From Octopus vulgaris (Eukaryota), in NCBI GenBank assembly GCA_951406725.2, contig OX597834.1:22506001-22570000 (forward strand): a DNA stretch of 64,000 nucleotides, in the 5' to 3' direction. Below, one piece after another: positions 41,207 through 55,837 of this stretch (positions within the stretch are counted from its first letter, which is position 1; each line of letters opens with the position of its first letter). Made by a program: the position numbers and the translations under genes. The notes under the pieces are model-generated. The model ran no database searches and had not been told where the DNA came from. It saw only the letters and a list, made by a program, of their open reading frames with translations.

Positions 41207-43470
41207 CAGATAGATATTGTTTTAGCAGTTGACAAGTGCTATCCATGAGATTGGGAAAGGCCACTTAGGAGGCCTCCACAACAATGGGAAGATAATTTAG
41301 GTCAAGATGGAAAAGAATTGGAAGTGCATTGTAACCAGTGGTGTTTAACAGCACCAGATAGTCTGGTCAATACTGTGAGATATTATCATCATCGTTTAAC
41401 GTCTTCTTTCCATGCTGGCAAGGGTTGGACAGTTTGACTGAAAACTGGTAAGCTGCACCAGGTCCAGTCTGACATGGCATGGTTTTTACTGCTGGATGCC
41501 CTTCCTAATGCCAATCACTCCAAGAGTGTAGTGGGTACTTTTTATGTGCCACCGGCATGAGTGTCCCTTGCACGACACCAGCAATGATTTCTCAGGTGCC
41601 ATTTATAGGACACTGGCAACAACCATGACTATGGTTTCACTTGGCTTGCCATTTCTTCTCAAGCACAGTAAATCACCAAAGGTCTCGGTCACGTGTCATT
41701 GCCTCTGTGAGGCTCAACATTTGAAGATCGCACTACCAGCAACAGCCACGATTACAATTTCACTTGGCTTGATGAATAATGAATTTATTGTATACAGTGC
41801 TCAGGGGCACAACAACTCTTCAGAAAAAGGGACCAAATCTACATGAACAGTTCACAGAATATGCTCAAGAAGTGAACAGTGAATATGTCTTTAAAAAAAA
41901 AGTATCTATATTTACATCTATGGTACAGAACCCAGAACCATGAGGCCTGGATGCAAATTTCTTAACCACATTCCACACTGCCACAAATAGGTACAAAATA
42001 CATTTCATTGGCATTTTGATTTTCTAATAAAAAAAATTATTTTCAAAAAAACTCTCAAAAAGTTTCGGTAAAACTTTTGGCCAAAATATATTTTCCCCAA
42101 AATCTCTAAGTTCCAAGAAATAACATTTTACTAAATTCTTTGTTTTGTTCAAAAATAAAACATTTCAAAAATATTGAGTTTCCAAGAGATAAGATGTTTT
42201 ATAAGAAGCAGCTGAGAATATTACACAACAGAATTGCCAAGATGGCAGTTTCTAGGAAACATCTCTTTAAAGTAAACACCAAAGAATTAGTCTTTTAAGC
42301 AGAGAAGAATATCAAAGAAATCGAAAATGGTTAAGAAGAGTAAACGGCCAGGCTAAATCATTACCAACAACATCAAGTGATGTCAACGACAAGGCACAGG
42401 TGTGGCTGTGTGATAAGAAGCCTGCTTCCCAACCACATGCTTTTCACTTCAGTTCCACTGCACGGTACCTTGGGCAAGGATTTTCTACCATAGTCTCAAG
42501 CCAACTAAAGCCTTGTGAGTGGATTTGGTAGATGGATACTGAAAGAAACCCATCATGTACATTCAGAAGCACAATCGGCAGTGTGTCAGTTTCAAAAATC
42601 AAGTAATTATAAAGAGGAATCTGAAGGCTGTGAGTTCAACCCTCACCTGGGGCACATTATTTTGACCAAGGACCAAGATGCCTGGTACCTTGCTGTACTT
42701 AAGAAGACCTGTATTCCACAGCAGAAGTATTAAGACTGGTCACCCTGGTGGAGAGGACTGATCTTCAAAAATCCTGTGCCAATACCACTGTCCATGGGAA
42801 GAAATTCCCTTCTAATGATGGAGGGCTGAGACATTCTGCTGTTCAGCTCTCTTGAGAGTGTCTTTACAACTGTCAGTCCATTTTGGCTGAACTGCTAGGT
42901 TATGGGGACATAAACAAACTAACACCAGTTGCCAAGCAAGGGTGTGACAAACTATGATCTTACAATCACAAGTCCAGCACCCTAACCACTAAGCCACATG
43001 CCTCACATACAAGCACACACAGACACACAAGTACACACACGATGGGCTTCTTTCAGTTTCCATCTACCAAATCAACTCACAAGGCTTTGGTCAGTCCAGG
43101 AACTATAGTACAAAACACTTGACTTTCGGGCAAGGTGACATGCTGTGTAGCTGAACCTGAAGCCATTACCATTGTTTTCTTTTACGAAATAACTGCTAAA
43201 ATATACACATCCATCAAAAGAAAGTCTTTTACTTTAACGGTCAGGTAACTCGGTTTAATTACAAGGTGACTTATTGATTTTCCTGCTTTGCATCTTCATT
43301 TTCACCATTGATTAAGTGTTTGTCAAACGTTGACCACTCAGAAATCATAAAGGAAAACGAAAGCATTTGTTTACCGAGTTATATTCAGAATGACATGCAG
43401 TGGTAGGGGATGGGGGGGATGCTAAGACATTAAAGCAAACATACACAGACATGTACACATCATTTGATTT

Positions 43471-43592
<122 letters not shown>

Positions 43593-43615
43593 TATAAATA
43601 TATATATAAATATAA

Positions 43616-43672
<57 letters not shown>

Positions 43673-44015
43673 CACACACACACACATACATGCAAAATAC
43701 TAACATATGTAAAGCTAAAATCAGATTTTGGTTGCTATGAAAATATCTAGTGAAAATGGTTTTTGATTTTTCCGTGTACTGGTTTTGTGTCCAAACACCA
43801 AGATTTTTTTCTCATAGCAAAGTTACCAACAAACCGTTATTAATGATGGTGCATTTGGAATCAATAGACTTCAACTCATACATTACTGCTGTCATTGTCA
43901 GCTGCATACTGAAGTGATGTAGAAACATGAATTTGACACATAAAATGACTTTTAACAGATGTAAGGTCATCAACATCCTCCTAGAATGTGACTGGCATCA
44001 TACTTATTCTATTGG

Positions 44016-44395
44016 TGGAGGCGCAATGGCCCAGTGGTTAGGGCAGCGGACTCGCGGTCATAGGATCGCGGTTTCGATTCCCAGACCGGGCGTTGTGAGT
44101 GTTTATTGAGCGAAAACACCTAAAGCTCCACGAGGCTCCGGCAGGGGATGGTGGTGATCCCTGCTGTACTCTTTCACCACAACTTTCTCTCACTCTTACT
44201 TCCTGTTTCTGTTGTACCTGTATTTCAAAGGGCCGGCCTTGTCACTCTCTGTGTCACACTGAATATCCCCGAGAACTACGTAAGGGTACACGTGTCTGTG
44301 GAGTGCTCAGCCACTTACACGTTAATTTCATGAGCAGGCTGTTCCGTTGATTCGGATCAACCGGAACCCTCATCGTCGTAACCGACGGAGTGCTT
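44016..44395 (+). mobile_element. tRNA-derived SINE family D, full length and CpG-intact (young)
   Basis: GGCGCAATGGCCCAGTGGTTAGGG (A box), GGTTTCGATTCCC (B box). Confidence 0.85.
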
Positions 44396-45164
44396 CCTCA
44401 CTTATTCTATTGACACCACTACCAAAGGATCATTGTCATCATTATTAACATCCACTTTAAGGTGGCAAGCTAGCAGAATTGTTAGTCCACTGGATGAAAT
44501 GCTTAGGGTATTTCGCCTGTCACTATGTTCCGAGTTCAAATTCTGCCAAGGTCTACCTTTCATCATCATCATCATCATCGTTTAACGTCCATTTTCCGCG
44601 CTAGCACGGGTTGGACGGTTCGACCGGGGTCTGGGAAGCCAGGAGCTGCTCCAGGCTCCAGTCTGATCTGGCAGAGTTTCTACGGCTGGATGCCCTTCCT
44701 AACGCCAACCACTCCGCGAGTGTAGTGGGTGCTTTTTACATGCTTTTCAGGGTTGATAAATTAAGTACCAGTGAAACACTGGGTTCAATATAGTCCCCCC
44801 TCCTGCCAAATTTCCAGCCTTGTGCTTTTGGTACAAATGATTATTAACATCCACATGGACTGGATGGTTTGACAGGAGCTGGCAAGCTGTAGGGCAAGCT
44901 GTATCAAGCTCCGAAGTCAGCTTTGGTATGGTTTCTATGACTGGATACCCTTCCTAATGCCAACCACTTTACAGAGTGTAGTGGGCGTTTTTCATGTCAC
45001 CAGCACCAGTGAAGTCACCGAGTAACCTTACTAGACAGGAAAAAGAAAAAGCCTATTCGACTAAGCGGAGGAAGCATTCGAGAAGGGGTGGTGGTTTTAT
45101 GCCAGGTGTAGAAAAACAAATGTATGATAGACAGGGAAGGTACCCTGCTTTATATTTTTTAGGA

Positions 45165-45542
45165 GCACTCCATCGGTTATGACAATGAGGGTCCTAGCTG
45201 ATACGATCAACGGAACAGCTTGCTCGTGGAATTAACGTGCAAGTGGCTGAGCATTCCACAGACACGTGTACCCTTAACGTAGTTCTTGAGGAGATTCAGC
45301 GTGACACAGAGAGTGACAAGGCTGGCCCTTTGAAATACAGGTACAACAGAAACAGGAAGTAAGAGTGAGAGAAAGTTGTGGTGAAAGAGTACAGCAGGGT
45401 TCACCACCATCCCCTACAGGAGCCTTGTGAAGCTTTAGGTGTTTTCGCTCAATAAACACTCACAATGCCCGGTCTGGGAATCGAAACCGCGATCCTACGA
45501 CCGCGAGTCCACTGCCCTAACCACTGGGCCATTGCGCCTCCA
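45165..45542 (-). mobile_element. SINE family D, inverted partner of 44016-44395
   Basis: Reverse-complement match over the full length; older copies at about 851-1110, 11140-11400 and 26545-26840. Confidence 0.85.
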
Positions 45543-45931
45543 CCCTGCTTTATAGAAGAATAACTGGTAAGAAGATAAAAGGTGGTAGTGATGGGGTACC
45601 AGAACAAACCCTCAAGTTACAAGGGAGGCAGGCATAAGAGAGACAAGAGCAATAACTATATAAATATGTGTTTTAATATCTTCTGTCTATTACCTGTTTC
45701 CATAATTAGACTGTGGCCACACTGGAGCACTGCCTTGAATGAATCACCCAAGTACTTGTTTCTTTAAGCCTGTTACTTAAAAACACCACCAGTTGTCAAG
45801 CAGTGGTGGGGGACAAACACAGACACACACAAATATATATATATATTCAAAATGTATATATATATACATTCAAAATGTGACCGCGTGTGTACTGTTGGCG
45901 ATTTTTTTCCCTCTGTCTTCCCTTCTCCTAT

Positions 45932-45967
45932 GCTTCCGACGAAGAGCTCCGCTCGAAACGTTAAACC
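45932..45967 (+). ncRNA. Degenerate hammerhead motif (U4 to C) in an element at about 45870-46060, related to the 23 kb element
   Basis: CCGACGA-A-GAGC-UCC-GCUC-GAAA-CGU-UA; weak stem I; shares downstream TTCCTGAGCG...TAATAC with the 23 kb element. Confidence 0.45.
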
Positions 45968-48900
45968 CTCCTTCTTTCCTGAGCGTCCAATAATACTATA
46001 TTTGTTCCATGTCCTCGCGTTGTTGTGTTTTTTTGTGCTTTCATGTTTGGATTAACTTTATATATATATATGATAGGCTTCTTTCAGTTTCCATCTACCA
46101 AATCCACTCACAAGGCTTTAGTTGGCCTGAGATTACTGTAGAAGACACTTGTCTAAGGTGCCCTGCAGTGGGACAGAACCCAAAATTTGTGTGGTTGGGA
46201 AACCTGTTTCTTAACCCCAGTCATGCCTGTACCTTGTGTATTTGAATACTGTAACAAACGGTTTGTGATATAGGCACAAGATCAGCAATTTTGATGGAAG
46301 GGTGGAGTTAGTCAATACTGTTGACCCCCCGTACCAGCTGGTACTTTATAAATCCTGAAAGGATGAAAGATAAAGCTGTCTTTGGTTGGATTTGAACCCA
46401 GAAAGTAAAGAGCCAGAACAAATATCACACAGCATTTGTCTGACATGCTCAAGCGTTTCTGCTAGCTCACAATCTTAAGAATTCTTTTTAATTTTGGCAC
46501 AAGGCCAGCAATTTTTGATGAGCGGGGTTAGGCAATTACATTCATCCCAGCAGTACTTGATACATTTATCAATTTTATCAACCCCTGTGGATTGAAAGAC
46601 AAAGTTGGCTTTGGCAAAATTAGAACTCAGAATGTTATGATTCATGCTACAAAAATTATAACATTTGTTATATTATGTATTTGATTACAATAATTACCAT
46701 ATTTTAAGTTTTAATAATTATTTCAATTTTTTGCCACAAGGGTAGCTTGGGGGGAGTGGGGATGAGTCGATTACATCGACTCCAGTGTTTCATTAGCACT
46801 TAATTTATCGACCCCAGAAGGATGAAAGGCAAAGTCAACCTTGGTGAAATTTGAACTCAGAAAGTAGCAACAGGTGATATACTGCTAAGCATTTTGTCCA
46901 GCATGCTAACGATTCTGCCAGCTTGCCGTCTATTTTAAGTTTTAATAATAATCAAAAGTTACAATATTTCTCTGTTAATTAATCAATATATGTCTTTGAT
47001 GACTATAACAACTATACTTGTTGCAATAATTATTAAGATATTTGTTGTATGTGACAAGGGTCCTAAACACCTTCCCTTTGGCGGATTTCCATGGGACCTC
47101 CACAAAGGGGCCGGTGTGCTACAACAATTGCATTGAAATCCGTTCTTACTTCGGAGAGTACTTTTTTAAAATTAAATGCCTCTCCTGAAACAATGCAGAA
47201 GCTTGTCTACCAATTCTACTCACAAGACCATCATGGAAGACACTCAGCCAAGATGGTATGTAGCAGATTTGAACCTGGAAACATATTACTGTGAAGTGAG
47301 CTTCATAACTACACAACCAAGCCTGTTCCTGTAAATACAAACCAGTTTTCTCTCTTTAAGACGGGATTAATAACCAGAAAGAATTATCATTTTAGTGCAT
47401 TGAGATGTTGTTTGAAATAGAACTGAACAAAAATCTAATATTTACCTACACAACTCTCACATCATCATTTATGCAATACCAACATTTTCGGTTAACGATC
47501 ATCCTCCTCATCACTTAAGGTTCATTTTCCATGCTGACATGGGTTGGACGGTTTCACAGGAGGTGCATCAGATTCCGTCGTCAGTCTTGGCTTGGTTTCT
47601 ATGGCTGGATGCACTTCCTAATAACAACCACTTTACAGAATGTGCTGGGTGCTTTTTATGTGACATCAGTATAAAATTTCTTTCTCTTTTACTGGTTTCA
47701 TTCCTTTGGCTGTGGCCATGCTGGGGCAGCATCTTCAGAAGTTTTGATCTGTTATTGCACTGACTTCCCTGTACTTCATTTGGTACTTTCTTTTATTGAC
47801 CTCACAAAGAGGAAAGGCAAAGTCAACTTGCGTGGAATTTGAACTCAGAACATGAAGGACCATAACCAAATACCATAAGGTGATTTCTCCAAATGCTCTA
47901 CTGAGCTGGCCATCCATCCATTACGCTGTTCATTATCATCATCATCATCACTTTACATCTGCTTACCGTGAGTGTAGTGGGTGCTTTTTACGTGCCAGGC
48001 GAGGTTGGCAATGGCCACGATTAGATGGTGCTTTTTACGTGCCACTGGCACAGAGGCCCGTCGGGGGCGGCGCTGGCAACGGCCACATTCAGATGGTTCA
48101 CTTACGTACCACCAGCACTGGTATCACAGCTACAATTTCCATTGATCAGTGGGTTTTAACCATTTTTTTTTTGGTAGTGTCCCTTTTAAGTAGTTGTTAT
48201 GCCTCACACCCACCTAAATGGTGAGTGAGGTAGCATGACAACTCATCGATGATAATTTATAAAATTTACACAAATAAATGTATAAGCTTTTAACAGTGAA
48301 ATGATAAAAAATTAATTAAGACAGATGTTGTAAATTTACTGTACGGATTGCAAGTTGATGGCTTCCTGGTGCCTAATGAGATCCAACTAAATTTTTCTAA
48401 ATCATCGTTAGATGGTACAAGTCAGAGGAACCAGGTCTTGCTCTCAGGTTTCCAATTGTTTTGCTCCAGGTTTCCAATTGTTTCTACAACTGGATGCCCA
48501 TTCTAACACTGGTCTTGCTATCATCCCTCTTCTCTGCCATGGTTTCTACAGCTGGATGCCCTTCCTATCACCAACCACTTCACAGTATAAAATGCTGATG
48601 GATCAGCACCAGTGAGCTTACCTGGTCAACAGGTAACCTTTTCAGGCAGGTATCACAAATTGATGTGATTTACCAATCACTTACAGCAGAGTGTACGGGG
48701 TGCTTTTTTGGGGGGGACACCATTAGTGTTCTCGTTTACCTTGAAAGTCTTGTAGTCTGCAAGGTGAAAGAGATACCCATGGCGAAAGGAACTGATTTAT
48801 TGTTGTGAGGAGGTAATAGCAGAGAGAATAACAAAGGGAATAATGTTTGGGCGGGAATAATGGAGAATACAAGGGGAAGGGTATTGTCAGGGATTAGTTG

Positions 48901-49454
48901 AAAGAGAGGGAAGGTGGGTGGGGACGGAGTAGTAATGCTGATGGGGTATGTTGGGTGCGCTATTCTACTTGCCATGCCCCCATAGACTGAAGAATCCATC
49001 AGGGTCCAAGTCACACATGTGTGTGTATATAAAGCACTTATGCTGGTGCCACATGAAAAGCATCTGTGCTGGTGCAGTAGATTCCAGACTGATTTGGCAT
49101 GGTTTCTGCAGATGGATGCCCTTCCTAATGCCAACCACTCCAAGAGTATAATGGGTGCTATATATGACCAGCACTGATATGGTCATGATGACGTCGGTTC
49201 CAGATGATCCAATCAATGGAACAGCCTGCTTGTGAAATTAATGTGCAAGTGGCTGAGTACTCCACAGATGCAGATACCCTTAACCTAGTTGAGGGAGATT
49301 CAGTGTGACTGAATTATAGGAACAATCCATTTTAGCCAGCTGTGTGAACTTGAGCAACATGAAATCAAGTGCCTTGCTCAAGGGCACAATGTGTGGTTGT
49401 GAGCCAAATACTCTAACCCCTAAAGCACATGTCTTCACTACATATATATACACA

Positions 49455-49647
49455 CAAAGGGTGCTGGAAGGTTCCTGGGGATCACAAAAGGCCTGGTTGG
49501 AGGCCCAACCTTCTCAGTTCTTTGACAGGGCGTAGAAAAACTGAAGGACTGCTACAATGTGTGTGAAACATGACAAATAAAATCATAATTAACTGATCCC
49601 CCGTGTTTTCTTTTACCCTAAGCCAGGAACTTTGCAGCACTCCCTCA
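49455..49647 (+). mobile_element. Mariner-derived MITE
   Basis: Imperfect TIRs AGGGTGCTGGAAGGTTCCTGG / CCAGGAACTTTGCAGCACTCCCT; the interior resembles a decayed mariner transposase C-terminus. Confidence 0.6.
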
Positions 49648-50631
49648 AGTGTGTGTGTGTGTGTGTGTGTGTAGGACAACAAACATTGTTGTCCTCTTTA
49701 ACAATTATATATCCGCTGCATTGGAAATCTGCAATAGTCCCATAACTCCCATCTCAGCTATGACCTTGGAGCCCTGGTAATCCATTACAGCACTTACCTA
49801 AAGTACCTAATCATTTAGATCACCTGTGAACTAAGCCCCCATAATTTGTACGTGTCATCATCATCATCATCATTTAGCGTCTGCTTTCCATGCTAGCATG
49901 GGTTGGATGGTTCAACTGGGGTCTGGGAAGCCAGAAGGCTGCACCAGGCCCAGTCTGATCTGGCAATGTTTCTACGGCTGGATGCCCTTCCTAATGCCAA
50001 CCACTCCATGAGTGTAGTGGGTGCTTTTTACGTGCTAGCGAGGCTGGCAATGGCCACGATCGGATGGTGCTTTTTACGTGTCACCGGCATGGAGGCCCGT
50101 CGGGGCAGCGCTGGCAACGGCCACGTTCAGATGGTTCACTTACGTGCCACCGGCACTGGTATCACAGCTACAATTTCCATTGATGTTAGTCGATTTCAAT
50201 TTCAATTCTGGTGTGTGTATATATAAGGAGGTGCATGACCCAGTTGTTAGGGTGTTGCACTCCTGATCTAGCAACTGATTTCAATTCCTAGACCGTGGGG
50301 TGCATTGTGTTCTTGAGCAAAACATTTCGCCTCATGTTGCTCTGCGATCACTTCACCACCTGATGTGTGGTACATTGTGCACCTGTTCAAACAACATTGA
50401 TTTAATGGAAAGTGCAACACGAATATTTGATCACTGTAAACAAACCATTTGTGCAGGTTGTTCGGCAAAAGCTAAATGCTTATACATTGTTTTCAACAGG
50501 GGAATCCATCACACACACACACACATATATATATATATACACACACAATAAGGATAAGATTTAAAAAAAAAAAAAAAATTATATCAGTGGCCAGCATACT
50601 AAAATACCTTTTAAGGTGAAAATTGTAAACC

Positions 50632-50777
50632 ATTATAAATAAGGGCAAAAGAGAAAAATTTTTCTATGCCAATTTGCTGAAAAATAGAATTTAGATCGTC
50701 TATGTGGTTAGATGATCTAAAATCTATTTTTCAGCATTTGGCATAGAAAATTATTTTCTTTTGCCCATATTTATAAT
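50632..50777. repeat. Imperfect palindrome (about 70-bp arms, 6-bp spacer) next to (TA)n
   Basis: 50632-50702 versus 50709-50777. Confidence 0.9.
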
Positions 50778-51710
50778 TATATATATATATATATACATAC
50801 ATATTTTAAACGTGAGGAGCAAAGGGAAAAAGGAGAGGGAGTGCTCTTTAGTTGTGGTGCTGCAGACTTCTTTTATAAGATACATTTGAACCATTCTGTG
50901 AAGTGGATGGTGGTAGGAAAGACATCCTGATTTAAAAAAAGGAAAAAGCAAAACAAATAACAAAATGAATAAATAAAAAAACATATACAGCAGCATGATT
51001 GGTAGGTTTTTGTTTGTTGCTGTGTGTGAAGAAGAACAACTGTGACAAGTAATGAGACTGCAAGACCTGTCCAACCCATGACAGCATGGAAAATACATAG
51101 GCAATTGTTGTGTGGTTAAGAAACTTGGTTCCCAACCACATGGTTTCAGGTTCAGTCCCACTGCACAGCATCTTGGTAAATGTCTTCTACTATAGCCTTG
51201 GGCCAACCAAGGCTGTATGTGTGAATTTGGTAGACAGAGGCTATGTGGAAGCCTGGTGTGTGTGTGTGTGTTCAATCACCATCTGACAACTCCTGTTGGT
51301 TTGTTTTTATCCCCGTAACTAAGAAATTCAGCAAAATAGATGAACAGAGTAAGAACCAGAATTTAAAATAGATACTGAACCCTTTGAGATGGTGCTCATG
51401 TATGGCCACAGTCCAACGGAGCAAAAGACTAAAATGATGTTGATGACGTCTGATTGATCTCATTCACAAACTTTTGCTTGAGCCGAGACTACAGTAGAAA
51501 GACACTTTGTCCAAAATGCCATACGAAAGGATCAAACCAAGAATCAAATCAAGGATCAAACCAAGAAACACATTGGCTGCAAAGCAAATTTCTGAACAAC
51601 TCAAGTTTTTACATCCATCAAGATAATTCTCTTTTTTTTTTATGTTTGTGAAATTTTATTTGCTTTATGTAAGCTTAAATTCTATGAAAAATGGAAAGCA
51701 AAAAAGCTGA

Positions 51711-52800
51711 TCCCTTTTGTTACGATATTTCTATTGAAATACACTGCTTGCGTTTCAATTAATTTTGCTGGTGTTTTTAATATATATTAACATGAAATTT
51801 TGACTGAAGGTTTTAATTTTAACCCTTTCATTACCATATTTGTTTTGAGATGCTCAGTGTTTCTTTCAATTAATTTTAAATTTAACAAAGAATTTAGTAA
51901 AATAACTTAGTTATCATTAAGCTAGTGTTAGGAACATAAATTATGATTAAGGTTTGGTGGAAGATTTTAATTCAGAATTTTTGAAAACAAGACATTTGTA
52001 GTACAGAGCCAGAGCCGGGTTGGTATCGAAAGGGTTAAACAAGAAGTTTTCCTATCATAGAACCATGGGCAGTCTCAGACAGGTTTGTATCAAAAGGGTT
52101 AAAAAACTTTTAAGTTGGTAGACAAAGAACCAGAAGTTCTGGTTCAAGCATTTATCATTCTGTAAAAGGTACAGAAAGATCCACTTTACAGCAACTATTT
52201 AATCCTTTTGTTACCATATTTCTGTTGAATTATTCAGTCTGTCATCCTCACCATCATCCATTCGTTACCGTATTTATTTTGAGATGTTCTGTGTTTCTTT
52301 CAATTATTTTAAATATAACAAAGAATTTAGTAAAATAACTTAGTTATCATTAAGCTAGTGTTAGGAATATAAATTGCAACTAAGGTTTGGTGGTATATTT
52401 TGATGCAAAACTTATGAAAACAAGACATTTGTACTACAGAGCCAAAGCCGGTTTTGGCCGGGTTAGTAACGAAAGGGTTAACGTCCGTTTTCCATGATGA
52501 TGATGGCAGGCTGAGTAATTCAACAGAAATATGGTAACAAAAGGGTTAAATAGTTGCTGTAAAGTGGATCCTTCCGTACCTTTTACAGAATGGTAAATGT
52601 TTGAACCAGACTTTTGAAAATAATGAAGAATTTAATAAAATTTAGTAAAATAACTTTTGTCCTTCTTAAGGTGTTTGGAACATAGATTAACATGGAATTT
52701 TGATGAACAGTTTTAACTTAGATCACTTAAAAAAAATTAAGATTGTATTGTAGAACCAGGGGCCATTCTCAGGCAGGGTTAGTATCAAAAGAGTTTTTAA
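51711..52800. mobile_element. Cluster of nested piggyBac-like MITEs
   Basis: TTAA-flanked copy 51823-52034 inside an older relative (about 51711-52098); another copy at 52259-52477 between inverted arms; further fragments to about 52795. Confidence 0.75.
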
Positions 52801-55776
52801 AAAACAAAAAAGGTCCAGTTAGTATTGTTAATGTTAAAGAAATATAAAATGGTGATGATTTTATTTCAGTGAAACAGAATCTTTGCGAGGAACATCACAG
52901 ACAATAGGTAGGGGCTGAACCCAGCCCCCAAATGTTAATAAAGGCAGTAATCAACATATATTCTGATATGCGTCTTACCACTAAATAAACAAAAGACAAG
53001 AATAATCCTTGTTAAGCAGCTATTCGGAATAAATCTAAGGCTGCAGTTAAAGAATTAAAGGAATCAGAGGATGAACATGGAAAAAAATTTAAAAAAAAAA
53101 ACAAAAGTACTCAACTTGTTTGGTTGTTTCTCTACAAATGATCAAAAAAAGGGGGGAAAGAAATACATGTATTAATTATTTCTAAATGAGAACATTTGCA
53201 GAAATCACCAATTCATTTTTAAAATTGTATTTTAAGCTGTTAGCTTAGCTTTTCTAATTATTGTGTTGGATCTCTAGTGCTGCTTTGTATCTATGACCAA
53301 AGTGCCGACAGGTAAACCACACCTGGATGAGGAGTTTCATCAGTGGTGTGGGGATCTAACTATGACCGAGACATCATCATTTAACATCCGTGTTCCATGC
53401 TGGGTTGAGTTGGATGGTTTGAGAAGATCCAAAGGGTCCAAAGGACTGCTTCATGCTCCAGTGCTTCTTTTGTCATGGTTTCTATGGTTGAATGCCCTCC
53501 CTACCACCAACCACTTTACAGAGGGTCCTCGGTGTTTTTTATGTGCCACCAGCACAAATGAGGTTGCAATACAGTTTGCAAGACAACAAAACCCAAGGAA
53601 AAGGGGCTTAAACTTTATGCTAGGAGGATGAAGAGTATAAAGAGGTAAAGTATGAGAGAAAAGGGCCACAGCAGAATAGGTTTCTTGCTGACCAAAACGC
53701 CAACAGGTAACCCACACCCAGATGATTGGTTTAGCACATTGCATCTCTAATACAGGAATTCCTTAAGAAAGCAGCAACATGTAAGGTGAGGAATTCCATC
53801 ATTGGTACTGTCTCTGTGACCATGATCAAAACAGCAACAGGTAAATCATACCTGGTTGAGAGGTTCCACATAAATCACCAACAGGTAAACTGTACTTAGA
53901 TGAGGTTAATATATCACACTGTATGTCAGGTATTCTTTTCTACTCTAGGCACAAGGCCTGAAATTTTAGACTGACCCCAGTACACAACTGGTACTTAATT
54001 TATCGACCCTGAAAGGATGAAAGGTAAAGCTGACCTCGGCGGAATTTGAACTCAGAACATACAGACAGACAAAATACCACTAAGCATTTTGCCCGGTGTG
54101 CTAATGTTTGTCAGATATTGGCCCTCATTAGAACAACATGAATGCCCCAACAAATTGAGGGATTAAACATAGGAGGTTGCTTGACTCAGGCACAACATCA
54201 TCATCATCGTTTAACGTCCATTTTCCATGCTACCCAAGTGATTGAAACCTTTAACATGTCGTATCCCTGTCGTTACTCTATAACCCTGTTTATAATCACT
54301 ATGGAAACTGCATTTGATTTTTTATGCAAATAGCTGTTGTTAAAAGCAATTTGAACCAAAATCATGGCCAATAATAATAATAATCCTTTCTACTAAAGTA
54401 CAAGGCCTGAAATTTGGTGGGAAGGGACAGGTCAAATACATCGACACCCAGTGTTTCACTGATACTTAATTTATCAATCCCAAAAGGATGAAGGGCAAAG
54501 TCAACCTCAGCAGAATTTGAACTCAGAACAAATAAGACACACAAAATATTGCTAAGCGTTTTGCCCAGCATGCTAGTAATTCTGCCAGCTAACCAAATCC
54601 AACATCTTAGCCATGCAATGACCCTCTGAAGTCAATATTCTTTTAAAAAAATTCTGACAAAAAGGTAAATAAATCAAAAATATTTGATGAAAAGTGAAGT
54701 GTGAAGGTGAAGGCTTTTAAAGAGCTGTCTACATTTCTGTTTTTTCTGATTTTCAAGTATACATGGTATTAAGCAGATGAGAGGACACCAGTCTATTACC
54801 AAAAGCATTCTCTGGTCTGGGGGAAATAATAGAGTAAAGTGATTTGATTATAAATACAATGAGGCTTCTTCAGTTCAGTTTTGAATTTGCAATAACAAGC
54901 CATGGGAAAGGTAGGCTGACACTGTGTCCATCTCATGCAAACAAGAAGGAACAAGTGTCCATGGCTGTCTGCTTATCTCCATTCAGACAATAAACCTAAC
55001 CCATTCCTTAATGGCATGTCAGTTTAGGGGAAATTCTTGATTCTGGAAATTATCACCCCTCCTCAAGTGAAGTTAGTCCTTGTTGCTAATTGCTAATTAT
55101 GACACATCCTCTGGAAGCAGAGATAATTTTCACAACTCTCAAGATTTTATGCTATATGGTATTTGATATACCTCTATACCTGTACTCTGTGTGTGTGTGT
55201 GTATCTATATTTATATCTGTATGTCTCAGTGGTTAGAGTGTTGGGCTCAAAGTCTTGATGTAGTGAGTTCGATTCCCGGACCGGGCTGTGTGTTGTGTTC
55301 TTGAGCAAAACACTTTATTTCATGTTGCTCCACTTCACTCAGCTGTAGAAATGAGTTGCAACATCACAGGTGCCAAGCTGTATCAGCCTTTACCTTTCCC
55401 TTGGATGACACTGGTGTCACAGAGAAGGGAGGCTGGTATACATGGACAACTGATGGGCTTTCATAAAGAACCTTGCCCAGACTTGTGCCTTGGAGGGCAA
55501 CTTTATAGGTGTAATCCCATGGTCATTCATGACTGAAGGGGGTCTTTACTCTTTATATATAAAGTGTGTGTATGTATATATTCTAATATTGAACAGTGTG
55601 AATGAGTGCTCAATTGTAACTTAACAAGGCTACTATTAATTTCATGCTGAGAATTTTCAGCAATTATCAAGCCTGCCACAAGGGACATTAGTACAAACAT
55701 CCCATTAGGCAGGCTTGATAACTGCTGAGAATTCTTCGTGTGAAACCAATGTTAGCCTTTTTAACTAACAAATAAA

Positions 55777-55837
<61 letters not shown>

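Noticed and set aside
44016-44095. tRNA gene
   Set aside because: A and B boxes continue into a SINE body present in several copies; no complete cloverleaf.
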